From: Deltaproteobacteria bacterium
GTDB lineage: Bacteria > Desulfobacterota > DSM-4660 > Desulfatiglandales > HGW-15
Reading direction: 5' to 3'
NCBI GenBank assembly: GCA_016932115.1
Contig: JAFGDM010000061.1
Span: 1 to 44,962 of the forward strand
Length of the DNA stretch: 44,962 nucleotides
Shown: one piece after another, positions 35,176 through 44,962 of the stretch
Layout: each line of letters begins with the position of its first letter
Numbering within the stretch: position 1 is the stretch's first letter
Program-made: the position numbers and the translations under genes
The notes under the pieces: model-generated
The model's database searches: none
Seen by the model: only the letters and a program-made list of their open reading frames with translations
Told to the model about the DNA's origin: nothing

Positions 35176-35807
35176 ACGAAATGCTTTTACAGATTGATGG
35201 AAAAGAAGTTAAGGCAAGCGAAGGAATGACCATTCTGGAGGCTGCACGAAGTGTCGGGATATCGATTCCCACACTTTGTCACCACGAGAAATTAAACCCT
35301 TATGGGGCTTGCCGCATTTGCACTGTGGAAGTAGAAGCCGGCGGGAGGACAAATTTTGTTCCTGCCTGCATTTACCCGGCGGCAAGTGGTTTGGTGGTAA
35401 GAACCAGATCTGAGAAAATAGATAAAACCCGCAAAATGATCTTGGAACTGATGCTCTCTCACGCTCCGGATGCCCCGGCATTAAAAGATTTGGCTAAAGA
35501 ATACGGTGCAGACAGAGACCGTTTTGAAAAGGAACCGTCATTTTGCATTCTTTGTGGTCTATGTGTAAGATACTGTGCTGAAGTCAAGAAGAAGAGTGCT
35601 GTCGGATTTATTGACAGAGGACCAAATCGGGAGATAAATTTCATTCCCGAGATCGCATCCAAGGAGTGCTGGAACTGCAAGGAGTGCTTTCCACTCTGCC
35701 CAACATCGTATCTACAGACAGCTTACCATTTAACGGAAGCGCTCGCGTTTCCCTCATCGTCTTTCCTTCGAACTCGCCTCAGAGGGACCCCCATGCTTGG
35801 TGCTTAA
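35172..35807 (+). CDS. bamI: BamI, NuoG N-terminal-like Fe-S subunit
   Basis: IPTLCHH, GACRIC, CILCGLCVRYC and CWNCKECFPLCP; ATGA overlap with bamH. Confidence 0.88.
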   Translation: MNEMLLQIDGKEVKASEGMTILEAARSVGISIPTLCHHEKLNPYGACRICTVEVEAGGRTNFVPACIYPAASGLVVRTRSEKIDKTRKMILELMLSHAPDAPALKDLAKEYGADRDRFEKEPSFCILCGLCVRYCAEVKKKSAVGFIDRGPNREINFIPEIASKECWNCKECFPLCPTSYLQTAYHLTEALAFPSSSFLRTRLRGTPMLGA

Positions 35808-35883
35808 GGTGTTTTCAAAAAGCCGAAGTGTTACGAAATTTCAAATATCTTTGGCTAGCTTTACACATGAGTAGACTTTTTTC

Positions 35884-35939
35884 TTGACACATAGTTATTA
35901 TGTAGCTATATAGTAGTCACGCCGTACCGGATACCGGAC
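35884..35939 (+). promoter_or_regulatory. sigma70 promoter and IclR-type operator for bam cluster 2
   Basis: TTGACA (35884-35889), TATATAGT (35907-35914), imperfect palindrome GTACC-GGATAC-CGGAC (35924-35939). Confidence 0.5.
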
Positions 35940-36150
35940 ATGGCGGATAATCTATTCTTCTGACCGAGGGGGTTTCTTTGACTTACATTGAAAGGCTCAC
36001 TTAACCCTATACTGATGGGATTGATTTTGAAAAAATAAGGATTTCAGGAGATCGAACGGTTTAAAACCTCGCCAAATAAATAAGTGTCTGAAACCAATAA
36101 GGAATCAAAAAGTACGCCGCGGATTCAGGTAAAACGGAAGAGGAGAAAAA

Positions 36151-38160
36151 ATGAGGTACGCAGAGACAGGGTTTAATTTAGAGATTGATCTGTCCCGGGG
36201 AAGCATTGAAAGGGTGGAGACTGACTCAAGATTAACCGAGCTTCATCTTGGGGGGCTGGGCACCAACAGCAAGATATTGTGGGACAGGGTTCCACCTGAG
36301 ACCGAGCCCTTTTCTCCTGATAATTTGTTGATCTTCGGGACGGGTCTCTTGTGCGGCACACCGGCCCCCGGTGCGAATCGGACCATTATTACAACCTATT
36401 CTCCTCAGACCTTGTACATGGGCTATTCCATGATGGGAGGGTTTTTGGCGCCGGAACTGAAGTATGCCGGGTATGACAAAGTGATTTTTCGCGGCAAGTC
36501 TCCCAACATGGTTTACCTGTGGATCAACAATGACAAGGTGGAAATACGGGATGCCTCTCATCTCCGGGGCAAAGGCGCTGTCGAAACTTCGGAGATCATT
36601 CGACGGGAGTTGAAGGACCCCAAAGCCCAGGTCGCTGCCATCGGACTGGCCGGTGAAAACCGGGTGTACATGGCCAGCATAGAGCAAGGCCGGTCCAGCG
36701 CCAGCCGATTGGGCCTGGGCGCCGTCATGGGCGACAAAGGGCTAAAGGCCGTTGCCGTTCGCGGAACGAAGGACATTAACATCGCCCGCCCGGCTGAATT
36801 CATGCAGCTCTGCAACGAGGTGCTACAGTACATCAAAGTCCGGGCCCCCAACCTTATCCCTGAAGTCATGCCGATTTTGGCCGGGCTTGGGTCTCCCCAG
36901 GAGATGGCCCATTACGATGAGAAGTGGCACACCGAGAATTTCATGTGGGGGAATGCCCGGGTCCGGAGAAAAGAATTCTGGAACGACGAGATCGAAAAGA
37001 TGTGGAAGAACACGCTGGAGAGCGTTCGGACTCGGCTTATTAGCTGTTACAACTGCCCGATGAAGTGCGGGGCCATTATTTCCGTCCCCGGAATTTCCAC
37101 CTACATGATGAAATGCTTCACGAAATTGACCTACGCCATGGCGGCCTTTGCCGAGGACTCCGAATTTGGTTTTAAGATCGCGCAGCAGGCCACGGAATAT
37201 GGGGTGGATGGGTTCTCTATGCCGCAAACCATGGCTTTTGCCTTTGAGCTAAAAGAGGCCGGGATCTTGACGGACGCGGACTTTGAAGGATGCCCTACCG
37301 ACAAGGAGGGAAGATTTTATTGGTTGCTGGACCGTATTGTCCGACGGGAAGGAATAGGGGATGTGCTGGCCGACGGCACCTATTGGGCGGCCAAGCAGAT
37401 CGGCAAGGGCGCCGAAGAATATGCTCACAACAATATCAAGAAACACGAACAGCTCCCTCTCAAGCTGGGCATGCTGAACCCTATCTATTTCCTGATGTAT
37501 TGTACCGGGGAGAAGAGTAACATCACACAAATCGAAGGGAATTTCCCCCAAGCGCCTTTTTCCACATTGGAGCTCAAAGAAGCCTTTGTGAAAGACTGGG
37601 TCCAAGCTCCGAATGACAGGTTTAAGCAGTATGTTCTGGACTGGGAATTCCGAGGGGAGCACTCCATGCCCTTCTACCCGCCGCCCGAAGCCTGTTGTGA
37701 AATCGTGGAATGGCAGGAAAAGATGCACCATATCGATGACGCGCTCGGGTTGTGCGCCGGCTTGTCGTCATTTCCCCTGAAACCTCCCTACCATATCCAC
37801 AATCTGCCCCTTTTTATCTCAGCGGCGACAGGTATGGACATGGATGAAGACGGGCTGACGCACATCTTCAACAGAAACCGGAACCTGGTGAGAGCCATCA
37901 ATGTGAGAAGAGGTTTGAGACGGGCCGATGAGAAGCCGCCGGAGGACCATTGGAAGAAGAGATTTCCCGAGCTTGAGACGAAGCTCCTTGATACCTATTA
38001 CGCGTTCAAAGGATGGAATCAGGACGGCATTCCTACCAAGGAGTCATTGCAGGCCCTGGGGTTGGACTATGTCGCTGAGGACTTCCTCAAGAGAGGAATC
38101 TTGACAAACGAGGACAGGGCTTTTTCCAACGAAACTGCGTCGGAAACAGAGGAGAAATAA
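36151..38160 (+). CDS. bamB: Class II benzoyl-CoA reductase tungsten active-site subunit BamB (canonical)
   Basis: SIEQGRSSASR, ILAGLGSPQEM, DEKWHTENF, RLISCYNCPMKC, YMMKCFTKLTY, TQIEG, SSFPLKPPYHIHN; these match Geobacter metallireducens BamB as recalled. Confidence 0.93.
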   Translation: MRYAETGFNLEIDLSRGSIERVETDSRLTELHLGGLGTNSKILWDRVPPETEPFSPDNLLIFGTGLLCGTPAPGANRTIITTYSPQTLYMGYSMMGGFLAPELKYAGYDKVIFRGKSPNMVYLWINNDKVEIRDASHLRGKGAVETSEIIRRELKDPKAQVAAIGLAGENRVYMASIEQGRSSASRLGLGAVMGDKGLKAVAVRGTKDINIARPAEFMQLCNEVLQYIKVRAPNLIPEVMPILAGLGSPQEMAHYDEKWHTENFMWGNARVRRKEFWNDEIEKMWKNTLESVRTRLISCYNCPMKCGAIISVPGISTYMMKCFTKLTYAMAAFAEDSEFGFKIAQQATEYGVDGFSMPQTMAFAFELKEAGILTDADFEGCPTDKEGRFYWLLDRIVRREGIGDVLADGTYWAAKQIGKGAEEYAHNNIKKHEQLPLKLGMLNPIYFLMYCTGEKSNITQIEGNFPQAPFSTLELKEAFVKDWVQAPNDRFKQYVLDWEFRGEHSMPFYPPPEACCEIVEWQEKMHHIDDALGLCAGLSSFPLKPPYHIHNLPLFISAATGMDMDEDGLTHIFNRNRNLVRAINVRRGLRRADEKPPEDHWKKRFPELETKLLDTYYAFKGWNQDGIPTKESLQALGLDYVAEDFLKRGILTNEDRAFSNETASETEEK

Positions 38161-38181
38161 GGTGAAGAGGTGGTAGCCGTC

Positions 38182-38730
38182 ATGGGTGAGAAGAAAAAGA
38201 AGATCGTCAAAACAATCAAAATTGATGTCGATAAATGCAACGGTTGCCGGGCCTGTGAGATGATCTGCTCAGCCTTTCATGCTCAACCGAAATACAGCAG
38301 CAATAATCCCGCAAGGTCTCGCATTCGGGTGATTCACGATCCTCTCCGAGACGTCTATGTCCCCGTATACGCCGGCGAGTATGCGAAGGCCGAATGCATG
38401 GGCAGAGACAAATACGTGATCGACGGAAAGGAGTACGACGAGTGTGCCTTTTGCAGGGCCTCCTGCCCGTCCAGAGATATTTTCAAAGAGCCCGATTCAG
38501 GGCTTCCTCTCAAATGCGATATGTGCGAAGACGATCCCCGGCAGGAGACGCCCTTGTGTGTTCAGTGGTGCTTGAATGATGCCCTGATTTACGAAGAGAG
38601 AGAAGAGGAAATCGAAGAAGAAGTGAAACAGGAGGACATGGAGATCGGATTGGAGTCCATGATCGACAAGTATGGATTGGACAAGATCATGGAGAGCGTG
38701 GCTCGGATTTCCCTTTCAAAAAAAGCTTAA
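38182..38730 (+). CDS. bamC: BamC Fe-S subunit
   Basis: CNGCRACEMICSAFHA, CAFCRASCPSRD and EPDSGLPLKCDMC; SD GAGGTGG. Confidence 0.9.
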   Translation: MGEKKKKIVKTIKIDVDKCNGCRACEMICSAFHAQPKYSSNNPARSRIRVIHDPLRDVYVPVYAGEYAKAECMGRDKYVIDGKEYDECAFCRASCPSRDIFKEPDSGLPLKCDMCEDDPRQETPLCVQWCLNDALIYEEREEEIEEEVKQEDMEIGLESMIDKYGLDKIMESVARISLSKKA

Positions 38731-38765
38731 GCCCTTAGGGCACAAGAAAAGGACGAAGGAAAGCT

Positions 38766-39917
38766 GTGGAGATTGTTGTCCCCTACAAAGAGATCGTTGA
38801 CGTCATCAAGGCGAGCGGCGGAGACGCCTTCAAAAGATGCTTTCAGTGCGGACTGTGCGATGTGGTCTGCCCGTGGAACAGGGTCAGGACCTTTAGCATG
38901 CGCAGGCTGGTCCGGGAGGCAACCTTCGGGTTGACGGACATTGAAAGTGAAGATATGTGGCTTTGCACGACCTGCGGGAGATGCCCCCAGCAGTGCCCCC
39001 GGGACGTGAAACAAATCGAGTCCGGAGTGGCCTTGCGCAGGATTGCCACGGAATACGGCGTTTTCCCCAAATCAGTGACACCGATCCGAACGGTTCGGGG
39101 AAGCCTGGTGGGGGAAGGGAACACCTTGGGGGAGGAACGGGCCAAGCGGGGGGATTGGGCCAAAGGCCTTTCGGTGAACGAGTTTAGCGAGGGTATGGAA
39201 ATTTTGTATTTTCCCGGCTGCTATCCCAGCTATGACCCAAGGTCAAAGAAGCTTGCGGTGGCCACGGCCACGATCCTGAACAAGGCGGGGGTGGATTTTG
39301 GGATTCTGGGCACCAAGGAGAACTGCTGCGGGGAGAGCATCCGCAAGACGGGGGATGAGGAAGTCTTCAAGCGTTTGGCCAGGGAGAATATCAAGACCTT
39401 TGTGGATCACGGGGTGAAGAAGATTTTGGTCAGTTCCCCTCATTGTTACCACACGTTCAAGAACGAGTATCCGGATTTTATGGTGAACTTTGAGGTGATT
39501 CACATGTCCCAGTTTTTGTTTGGGCTTATGAAAGAGGGTAAACTGGAGATCGGCAAGGAATATGAGAAGACGGTGACTTATCATGACCCCTGCTACCTGG
39601 GTCGTCACAACGGCATTTTGGAGGAGCCCCGGGAAATTCTGAAGAGAGTACCCGGGCTTACGTTGAACGAGATGCCCGACTGCCGGATGGACAGTCTGTG
39701 TTGCGGAGGGGGAGGAGGCAGGGTTTGGATGGAGACCCAGAAGGGGCAGAGATTTTCCGACCTCAGGCTGGAGCAAGCCGTAGGGGTCGGGGCCGAGGTG
39801 CTGGTGACGGCGTGCCCGTATTGCATAACCATGTTTGAGGATAGCCGGTTGACCCTGAACCTCACGGAGAAGATCAAAGTGAAGGATCTTACGGAAATCA
39901 TCGCGGAGGTGATTTAG
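38766..39917 (+). CDS. bamD: BamD, HdrD-like subunit
   Basis: Same 383 aa length and motifs as 27639-28790. Confidence 0.9.
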   Translation: MEIVVPYKEIVDVIKASGGDAFKRCFQCGLCDVVCPWNRVRTFSMRRLVREATFGLTDIESEDMWLCTTCGRCPQQCPRDVKQIESGVALRRIATEYGVFPKSVTPIRTVRGSLVGEGNTLGEERAKRGDWAKGLSVNEFSEGMEILYFPGCYPSYDPRSKKLAVATATILNKAGVDFGILGTKENCCGESIRKTGDEEVFKRLARENIKTFVDHGVKKILVSSPHCYHTFKNEYPDFMVNFEVIHMSQFLFGLMKEGKLEIGKEYEKTVTYHDPCYLGRHNGILEEPREILKRVPGLTLNEMPDCRMDSLCCGGGGGRVWMETQKGQRFSDLRLEQAVGVGAEVLVTACPYCITMFEDSRLTLNLTEKIKVKDLTEIIAEVI

Positions 39918-39950
39918 GAGAATCATCCCATAGGACAAAGGCGGATCAAA

Positions 39951-42900
39951 GTGGAAAAAGAACTCATCGAACAGTTTCGTAAGAGTGTCTCGGACAAGGA
40001 TTTTGGAGACGTCATGGTGGTGGGGGGAGGGATCAGCGGGATTCAAGCCTCCCTGGACCTGGCCACAGCCGGCTTCAAGGTTTACCTGGTGGAGAAAGCC
40101 CCGAGCATCGGCGGCCGCATGGCGCAGCTGGACAAAACCTTTCCCACCAATGACTGCTCCATGTGAATCCTCGCCCCTAAACTGGTCGAGGTCGGCCGGC
40201 ACCCCAACATCGAAGTTCTGACCTATACGGAAGTTCACCGCGTCGAAGGAGCGGTGGGTGACTTCAACGTGACGCTGATTAAAAAGCCTAGGTATATTCT
40301 GGAGGAAAAGTGCACGGGTTGTACGACCTGTGTTGAATATTGCCCTGCCAAATACCCGGATGAGTACAATCAGGAGATATCGAAGAACAAAGCGGTCCAC
40401 ATCTACTTCGCTCAAGCCATTCCACTGATCGCCTACATTGATGAAAGCTGTCTGTATCTCAAAGAGAACAAATGTCGGATTTGCGAAGGGGTCTGCAAGA
40501 ATAACGCCATCGACCTGAAACAAACGCCGAAGAAAAGAGAAATTACCGTAGGCGCAATCCTCCTGGCGCCCGGCTTTGAGCCCTTTGATCCGAAGACCAA
40601 GGAAGAATATCACTACGGGGAGTTCGCGAATGTGGTCACCAGTATGGACTATGAGCGACTGTTGTGCTCCACAGGACCATACTCAGGGGAGATCCTGCGC
40701 GGTTCCGACATGAAGCATCCCCACAAGGTCGCCTGGATTCAATGCGTGGGCTCCAGGCGGGTCACTCCCGGTGAAAACAGCTATTGTTCGGCTGTGTGCT
40801 GCACCTATACCCAGAAACAGGTCATTCTGACAAAAGATCATCATGCAGAGGCCGAATGTACCGTCTTTCACAACGACATTCGGTCCTACGGGAAGGATTT
40901 TGAGCGCTATTACGAAAGGACGGAACAACTTCCGGGCGTGCGCTTTATCCGAAGCTACGCCTCCATTGTGAGAGAGGACCCGAACACCAAGAATGTCACG
41001 GTACGTTATTCCACCTTTGACGAGGGGGTCAAAGAGGAAGCATTCGATATGGTGGTCCTTTCGGTCGGGTTGAATCCGCCCGTCGATGCTAAGGACGTGG
41101 CGGAAAAATTCGGCATCCAGCTCGATCCGAACAATTTCTGCAAGCTGAACCCCGTCAATCCCATGGAGAGCAACAGGCCCGGAATCTATGTGAGCGGTGC
41201 CTTTCAGGGTCCCATTGATATTCCGGAGTCGGTTTTCAGCGCCAGCGGCGCAGGCTCCCAAATCGGCCAACTCCTTGACTATCGGCGAGGCAATCTTGCC
41301 GAGGAAAGGGTCTATCCAAGTGAAAGGGATGTTTCCAAGGAGGAGCCGAGAATAGGGGTCTTTGTGTGTCACTGCGGGGCCAATATCGGAAGGATCGTCA
41401 ATGTTCCAGAAACAGTCGAGTACTGCAAAACCCTGCCCAGTGTCGTTTACGCTCAGGAACAGCTGTTTTCGTGTGCCACCAACTCCGCCAGAGAAATCAC
41501 GGATGTTACAAAGGAAAAAGGGCTGAATCGAGTGGTCATTGCCGCCTGCTCCCCCAGGACTCTTGAACCGCTGTTCCGCGACACGGTTCGGGAGGCGGGA
41601 ATCAATCAGTATTTCTGTGAGATGGCAAATATCCGGGAGCACGATTCCTGGGTCCACTCCAAAGAAAAGGAAGAGGCCACGGAGAAAGCCAAGGACATCA
41701 TTCGCATGTCCGTGGCCCGAGCCTGTCATTTGGAGCCGCTGCAAGAGTTTGATCTCCCGGTCAACAAAGCGGCGCTTGTAGTAGGCGGAGGGGTGGCAGG
41801 CATGAACTGCGCTCTCTCTATAGCCAACCAGGGGCATGAGGTTCATTTGGTGGAAAAGGCTAAAGAGCTTGGCGGCATGGTAAGAAGGGTCTATTCCACC
41901 CTGGAGGGGCTGGACGTGCAGGCCTATTTACACGATTTGATCGCAAAGGTTTATGGGCACCCGCTCATCCATGTGTATCATGATGCGACCATCACAGAGG
42001 CTACAGGGTATGTCGGCAACTTCGTGACCGTGGTGAAGTCTGAAACGGGAGTCGCCGAGATCAAACACGGGGCAAGCGTCATTACCATTGGAGCTGATCT
42101 CTACACGCCGACCGAATATCTATACGGACAAGATGAACGAGTCATGACCCATCTGGATCTGGAAGGCCGAATCGCCGAGAGGGATGAAAAGATCGTAAAC
42201 GCAAAAAGCCTTGTGATGATTCATTGCGTGGGCTGTAGAAATGAAGACAGAAACTACTGCAGCCGGATTTGTTGCAGCCAGTCGGTAAAGAACGCTTTGA
42301 GGCTCAAAGAGATCAACCCTCAGATGGATATCACCATTCTTTTCAGGGATATGAGGACCTATGGGTTCAAAGAGGATTTTTACCGGGAAGCCTCCAACAA
42401 AGATGTCAAATTCATTCGCTATGAACCTCAAGAGCCGCCTCAGGTGGAAGCGGGCGAGTCGGACGAGGGTCGGCCCGTACTGAAGGTTACTGCGCCGGAC
42501 TATGTTATGGGGAAAAAGCTGGTCATTGATGCTGATATCCTTGCTTTGGCGGCCGCCGTCATTCCCTCTGCGGCAACGAATGAAGTGGCCGCACTGTTCA
42601 AGGTCACGTTGAGCCCGGACGGCTTTTTCAAAGAAGCCCACGTTAAACTCAGACCGGTTGAGTTTGGTACGGAAGGAGTGTATCTGTGCGGACTCGCTCA
42701 CTACCCCAAGTTCATGCAGGAAACGATCAACCAGGCTTATGGAGCGGCAGGCCGGGTTTTAACCCTTCTTTCTCATGACACGGTCGTCGCCTCCGGATCT
42801 GTGGCCCAGGTCAACGAGAGCCGGTGTATAGGGTGCGGGGCCTGTGTTTCCGCGTGTACTTATGGGGCTTTGGACCTCCGAGACACGAAACAGGGGAAAA

Positions 42901-43076
42901 AAGCCATGGTGAACCCCGTTCTGTGCAAAGGAGACGGTCTCTGCAATTCAAAGTGTCCCACGGGGGCGATTCAGTTGAAGCATTATACCGATCAAGAGCT
43001 TTTGAGTGAAATTGATGCCATGGCAACGGAGGAAGAGATCTTGCCGGAGATGGATGCTGCGGTTGGAGATGTGTAG
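39951..43076 (+). CDS. bamE: BamE, HdrA-like selenoprotein (Sec at TGA 40164-40166), 1041 aa
   Basis: Track ORFs 39951-40166 and 40254-43076 are one frame; the read-through [22 protein letters not shown] aligns to NDCSM-C-IESPKFIECARHPNIE in bamE-1. Confidence 0.92.
40182..40199 (+). promoter_or_regulatory. Bacterial SECIS hairpin of bamE-2
   Basis: CTGGTCG-AGGT-CGGCCGG, a 7 bp stem with G-U pairs 15 nt after the UGA; absent from the Cys paralog. Confidence 0.75.
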
Positions 43077-43202
43077 CAGGTTGTTTAAAGACATTGGATG
43101 AAAGGCGCGCGTTTTGGGTGCGAGTGACGAGATAAAAGCACGAACTTGTCACTTCCCTGTGAAGAGAAAGCCGTAACCACGGAAAGAAGAGGGAAAAACT
43201 AG

Positions 43203-44042
43203 ATGAGTGCAAGACCTAAATTCAAGCCTAAATTGTTGGGTTTCGTGTGCCATTGGTGAGCGTACGGGGCTGCTGATCTGGCTGGAGTTTCCAGACTTCA
43301 ATACACGACTGAAATGAGGCTGATCCGCGTCATGTGCTCCGGCAGAGTGGATATGTCCTTTGTCCTCAGAGCCTTTTTGAACGGAATCGATGGGGTCTTC
43401 ATTGGGGCCTGCCGCTTGAATGAATGCAATTATGTGACTCAGGGAAATTATCATGCCCTCAACATGGTGCTTTTGTCGAAAAGAGTCCTCGAACACATGG
43501 GGCTGAACCCGGAACGATTAAAAATCGAATTCATGTCGGCCGCCGACGCCAACATTTTTGCGGAAGGCGTCAATGCTTTTGTCAAGAAGGTGAAATCGTT
43601 GGGGCCCCTTGGGGAAGGCGAGGGAATCAATCGACATGAACTCAAGTCCAGGCTTGTAGAGATCTCTAAACTCGTCCCCTACTTTAAGATGGCTAACCAG
43701 GAGAAACTGGCCTCCCACCTCAAAACACCGGAGGAGTACGATGGGCTATTCACGAAAGAGGAGATCGACAGGCTCTTTACTGAAATGGTCTCCTACTATA
43801 TCGATCCGGAGAAGTGCCAGGCCTGTATGACTTGCCTGAGAAGGTGTCCTGTAGAGGCGATTGTCGGGGGCAAGAACAGGATCCACGTCATTGACCAGGA
43901 TAAATGCATCAAATGCGGAACCTGTTTTGAAGCCTGCCCTCCTCGCTTCGGCGCGGTGAAAAAAATTTCCGGCGAGCCTGTTCCGGCCCCTATTCCCGAA
44001 GAAAAAAGAACGATAGTGAGAAAGAGTAAAGAAGCGAGTTAA
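43203..44042 (+). CDS. bamF: BamF, MvhD-like selenoprotein with C-terminal 2x[4Fe-4S] domain (Sec at TGA 43257-43259)
   Basis: MSARPKFKPKLLGFVCHW-U-AYGAADLAG is in frame with the track ORF at 43314; MCSGRV, GACRLNECNY, CQACMTCLRRCP and CIKCGTCFEACP. Confidence 0.9.
43282..43294 (+). promoter_or_regulatory. Bacterial SECIS hairpin of bamF-2
   Basis: CTGGA-GTT-TCCAG, 22 nt after the UGA, as in bamF-1. Confidence 0.7.
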
Positions 44043-44962
44043 TCCTCCTTCAGGACCTCCAAGAGCATTTTTTCGAGTTTGTCTTCGGCGTTCTCGTCTG
44101 CATACCGGGGTCTTTGAACGTCAGGGAAGAAGCTGAAGAGGCCTTTCATAATCACTTCAGCATGGGGCGGACAGCCGGGCAGATGTTTTCCCATCCCTGC
44201 ATGGTGCTGCTGGCAGATGCCCATGAAGACGTTCGTCTCTTCCGGGTTTGGTGTCACGTCCGTGTCGGGCCCTAGAAATACATTCACCCTTTTTTCGAAG
44301 GGTCGATCAATGAGAAGTCTCTCAGGGTTTTTCGGATCAGGCCGTCTCAGTTTATGCAAAACATAGTGCAAATAGCCTCTGCAACCCCCACAGGCGCGGC
44401 CGTCATGAATTAGAAAGTTTTGCCCGCCGCTCACAACGACCTCCGCTTCTTTGAAGGCGTCCCTCACCTCCTCCACAGAGGCGCCGACGATGTGAATCTT
44501 CTCCGCCTCGATGGGCCCCAGTCCTTGCATATAGGCGAACATTACCGGAGGGGAAAGAGCAGGCTCGAAGCCCATGATCCTCATGGTCACGGCGTCAACG
44601 GCCACGGGATTGGTTCCGCCGATAAGCAGATTCATGGGTTTCGGCTTTCCGTAGACCGGCCCGAAATCCTCCTGAGCCGTGAGGCCGTCCACGATAACGA
44701 GATTTGATTTTACGAGATGATGGATATTGACTAGATTTTGCCAGAGCCCGAAGAAATGGCTCATATATTTCTCGATAGGAGGGACGGCACCCTGCAGGTT
44801 CTTGATGCTCAAAGATACGAGAGCGGCGAAATGGGTCTTCATGACCGGAAGGTTTATGATGACATCCGCCTGCTCCAAGGTGACCGGAATCTCTCGTGAG
44901 AGCATCCTTTTCCCGTTAGGGACCCTTTTTCTAATCAAACTGTCCGTGTTGAGGTCCACAAG
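44039..44962 (-). CDS. DUF362-domain Fe-S protein (5' end outside the window)
   Basis: ADVIINLPVMKTH...LSIKNLQG, IVDGL, NPVAVDA, and C-terminal ACGGC...GIC...LPGCPP; stop overlaps the bamF-2 stop (TTAA). Confidence 0.8.
   Translation of the reverse strand, partial: LVDLNTDSLIRKRVPNGKRMLSREIPVTLEQADVIINLPVMKTHFAALVSLSIKNLQGAVPPIEKYMSHFFGLWQNLVNIHHLVKSNLVIVDGLTAQEDFGPVYGKPKPMNLLIGGTNPVAVDAVTMRIMGFEPALSPPVMFAYMQGLGPIEAEKIHIVGASVEEVRDAFKEAEVVVSGGQNFLIHDGRACGGCRGYLHYVLHKLRRPDPKNPERLLIDRPFEKRVNVFLGPDTDVTPNPEETNVFMGICQQHHAGMGKHLPGCPPHAEVIMKGLFSFFPDVQRPRYADENAEDKLEKMLLEVLKED

Noticed and set aside
32776-35807. Respiratory complex I nuoEFG or a bifurcating [FeFe]-hydrogenase
   Set aside because: There are no other nuo genes, the NuoG-like protein is only 211 aa with no H-cluster motifs, and the context is bamGHI
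39951-40253. bamE-2 as a nonsense pseudogene or split gene
   Set aside because: The TGA aligns with a conserved Cys, is followed by a SECIS-like hairpin, and the frame continues intact; Sec recoding is more parsimonious
39243-41846. Long minus-strand ORFs (456 aa, 387 aa; also 28787-29620)
   Set aside because: Antisense shadows of bamD and bamE caused by codon bias; no recognisable motifs
1-44962. CRISPR array, IS/transposase, prophage, rRNA or known riboswitch (c-di-GMP, Moco/Tuco, fluoride)
   Set aside because: I saw no regularly spaced repeats, mobile-element proteins or matching consensus motifs by eye; a covariance-model scan was not possible

Overview
Chromosomal window from an anaerobic Desulfobacterota (deltaproteobacterial) organism. 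The taxon is inferred from the qrcABCD genes, the bam genes and selenocysteine recoding. Left to right: (1) a sigma54-driven type IV minor-pilin operon (fimT, pilW, pilV, pilX, a PilY2-like gene, a giant ~2630 aa pilY1), followed by a stand-alone MshEN-like c-di-GMP receptor; (2) rlmD carrying an in-frame palindromic insertion; (3) a promoter, an ATT-start leader ORF and a terminator upstream of rpsU; (4) qrcABCD plus a small membrane protein and a HAD hydrolase; (5) an FHA-GAF-GGDEF cyclase, fdhD and an IclR regulator; (6) two tandem class II (tungsten-dependent) benzoyl-CoA reductase clusters. Cluster 1 (bamBCDEFGHI) has a divergent BamB, a Cys-type BamE and a Sec-BamF fused to a winged HTH. 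Cluster 2 (bamBCDEF) has a canonical BamB, a Sec-type BamE and a Sec-BamF carrying a copy of the BamH ferredoxin tail. Three in-frame UGA codons with SECIS-like hairpins split or truncate ORFs in the supplied track. A partial DUF362 gene closes the window. I found no rRNA, tRNA, CRISPR array or transposase. All family calls come from motif recognition, not from database searches.
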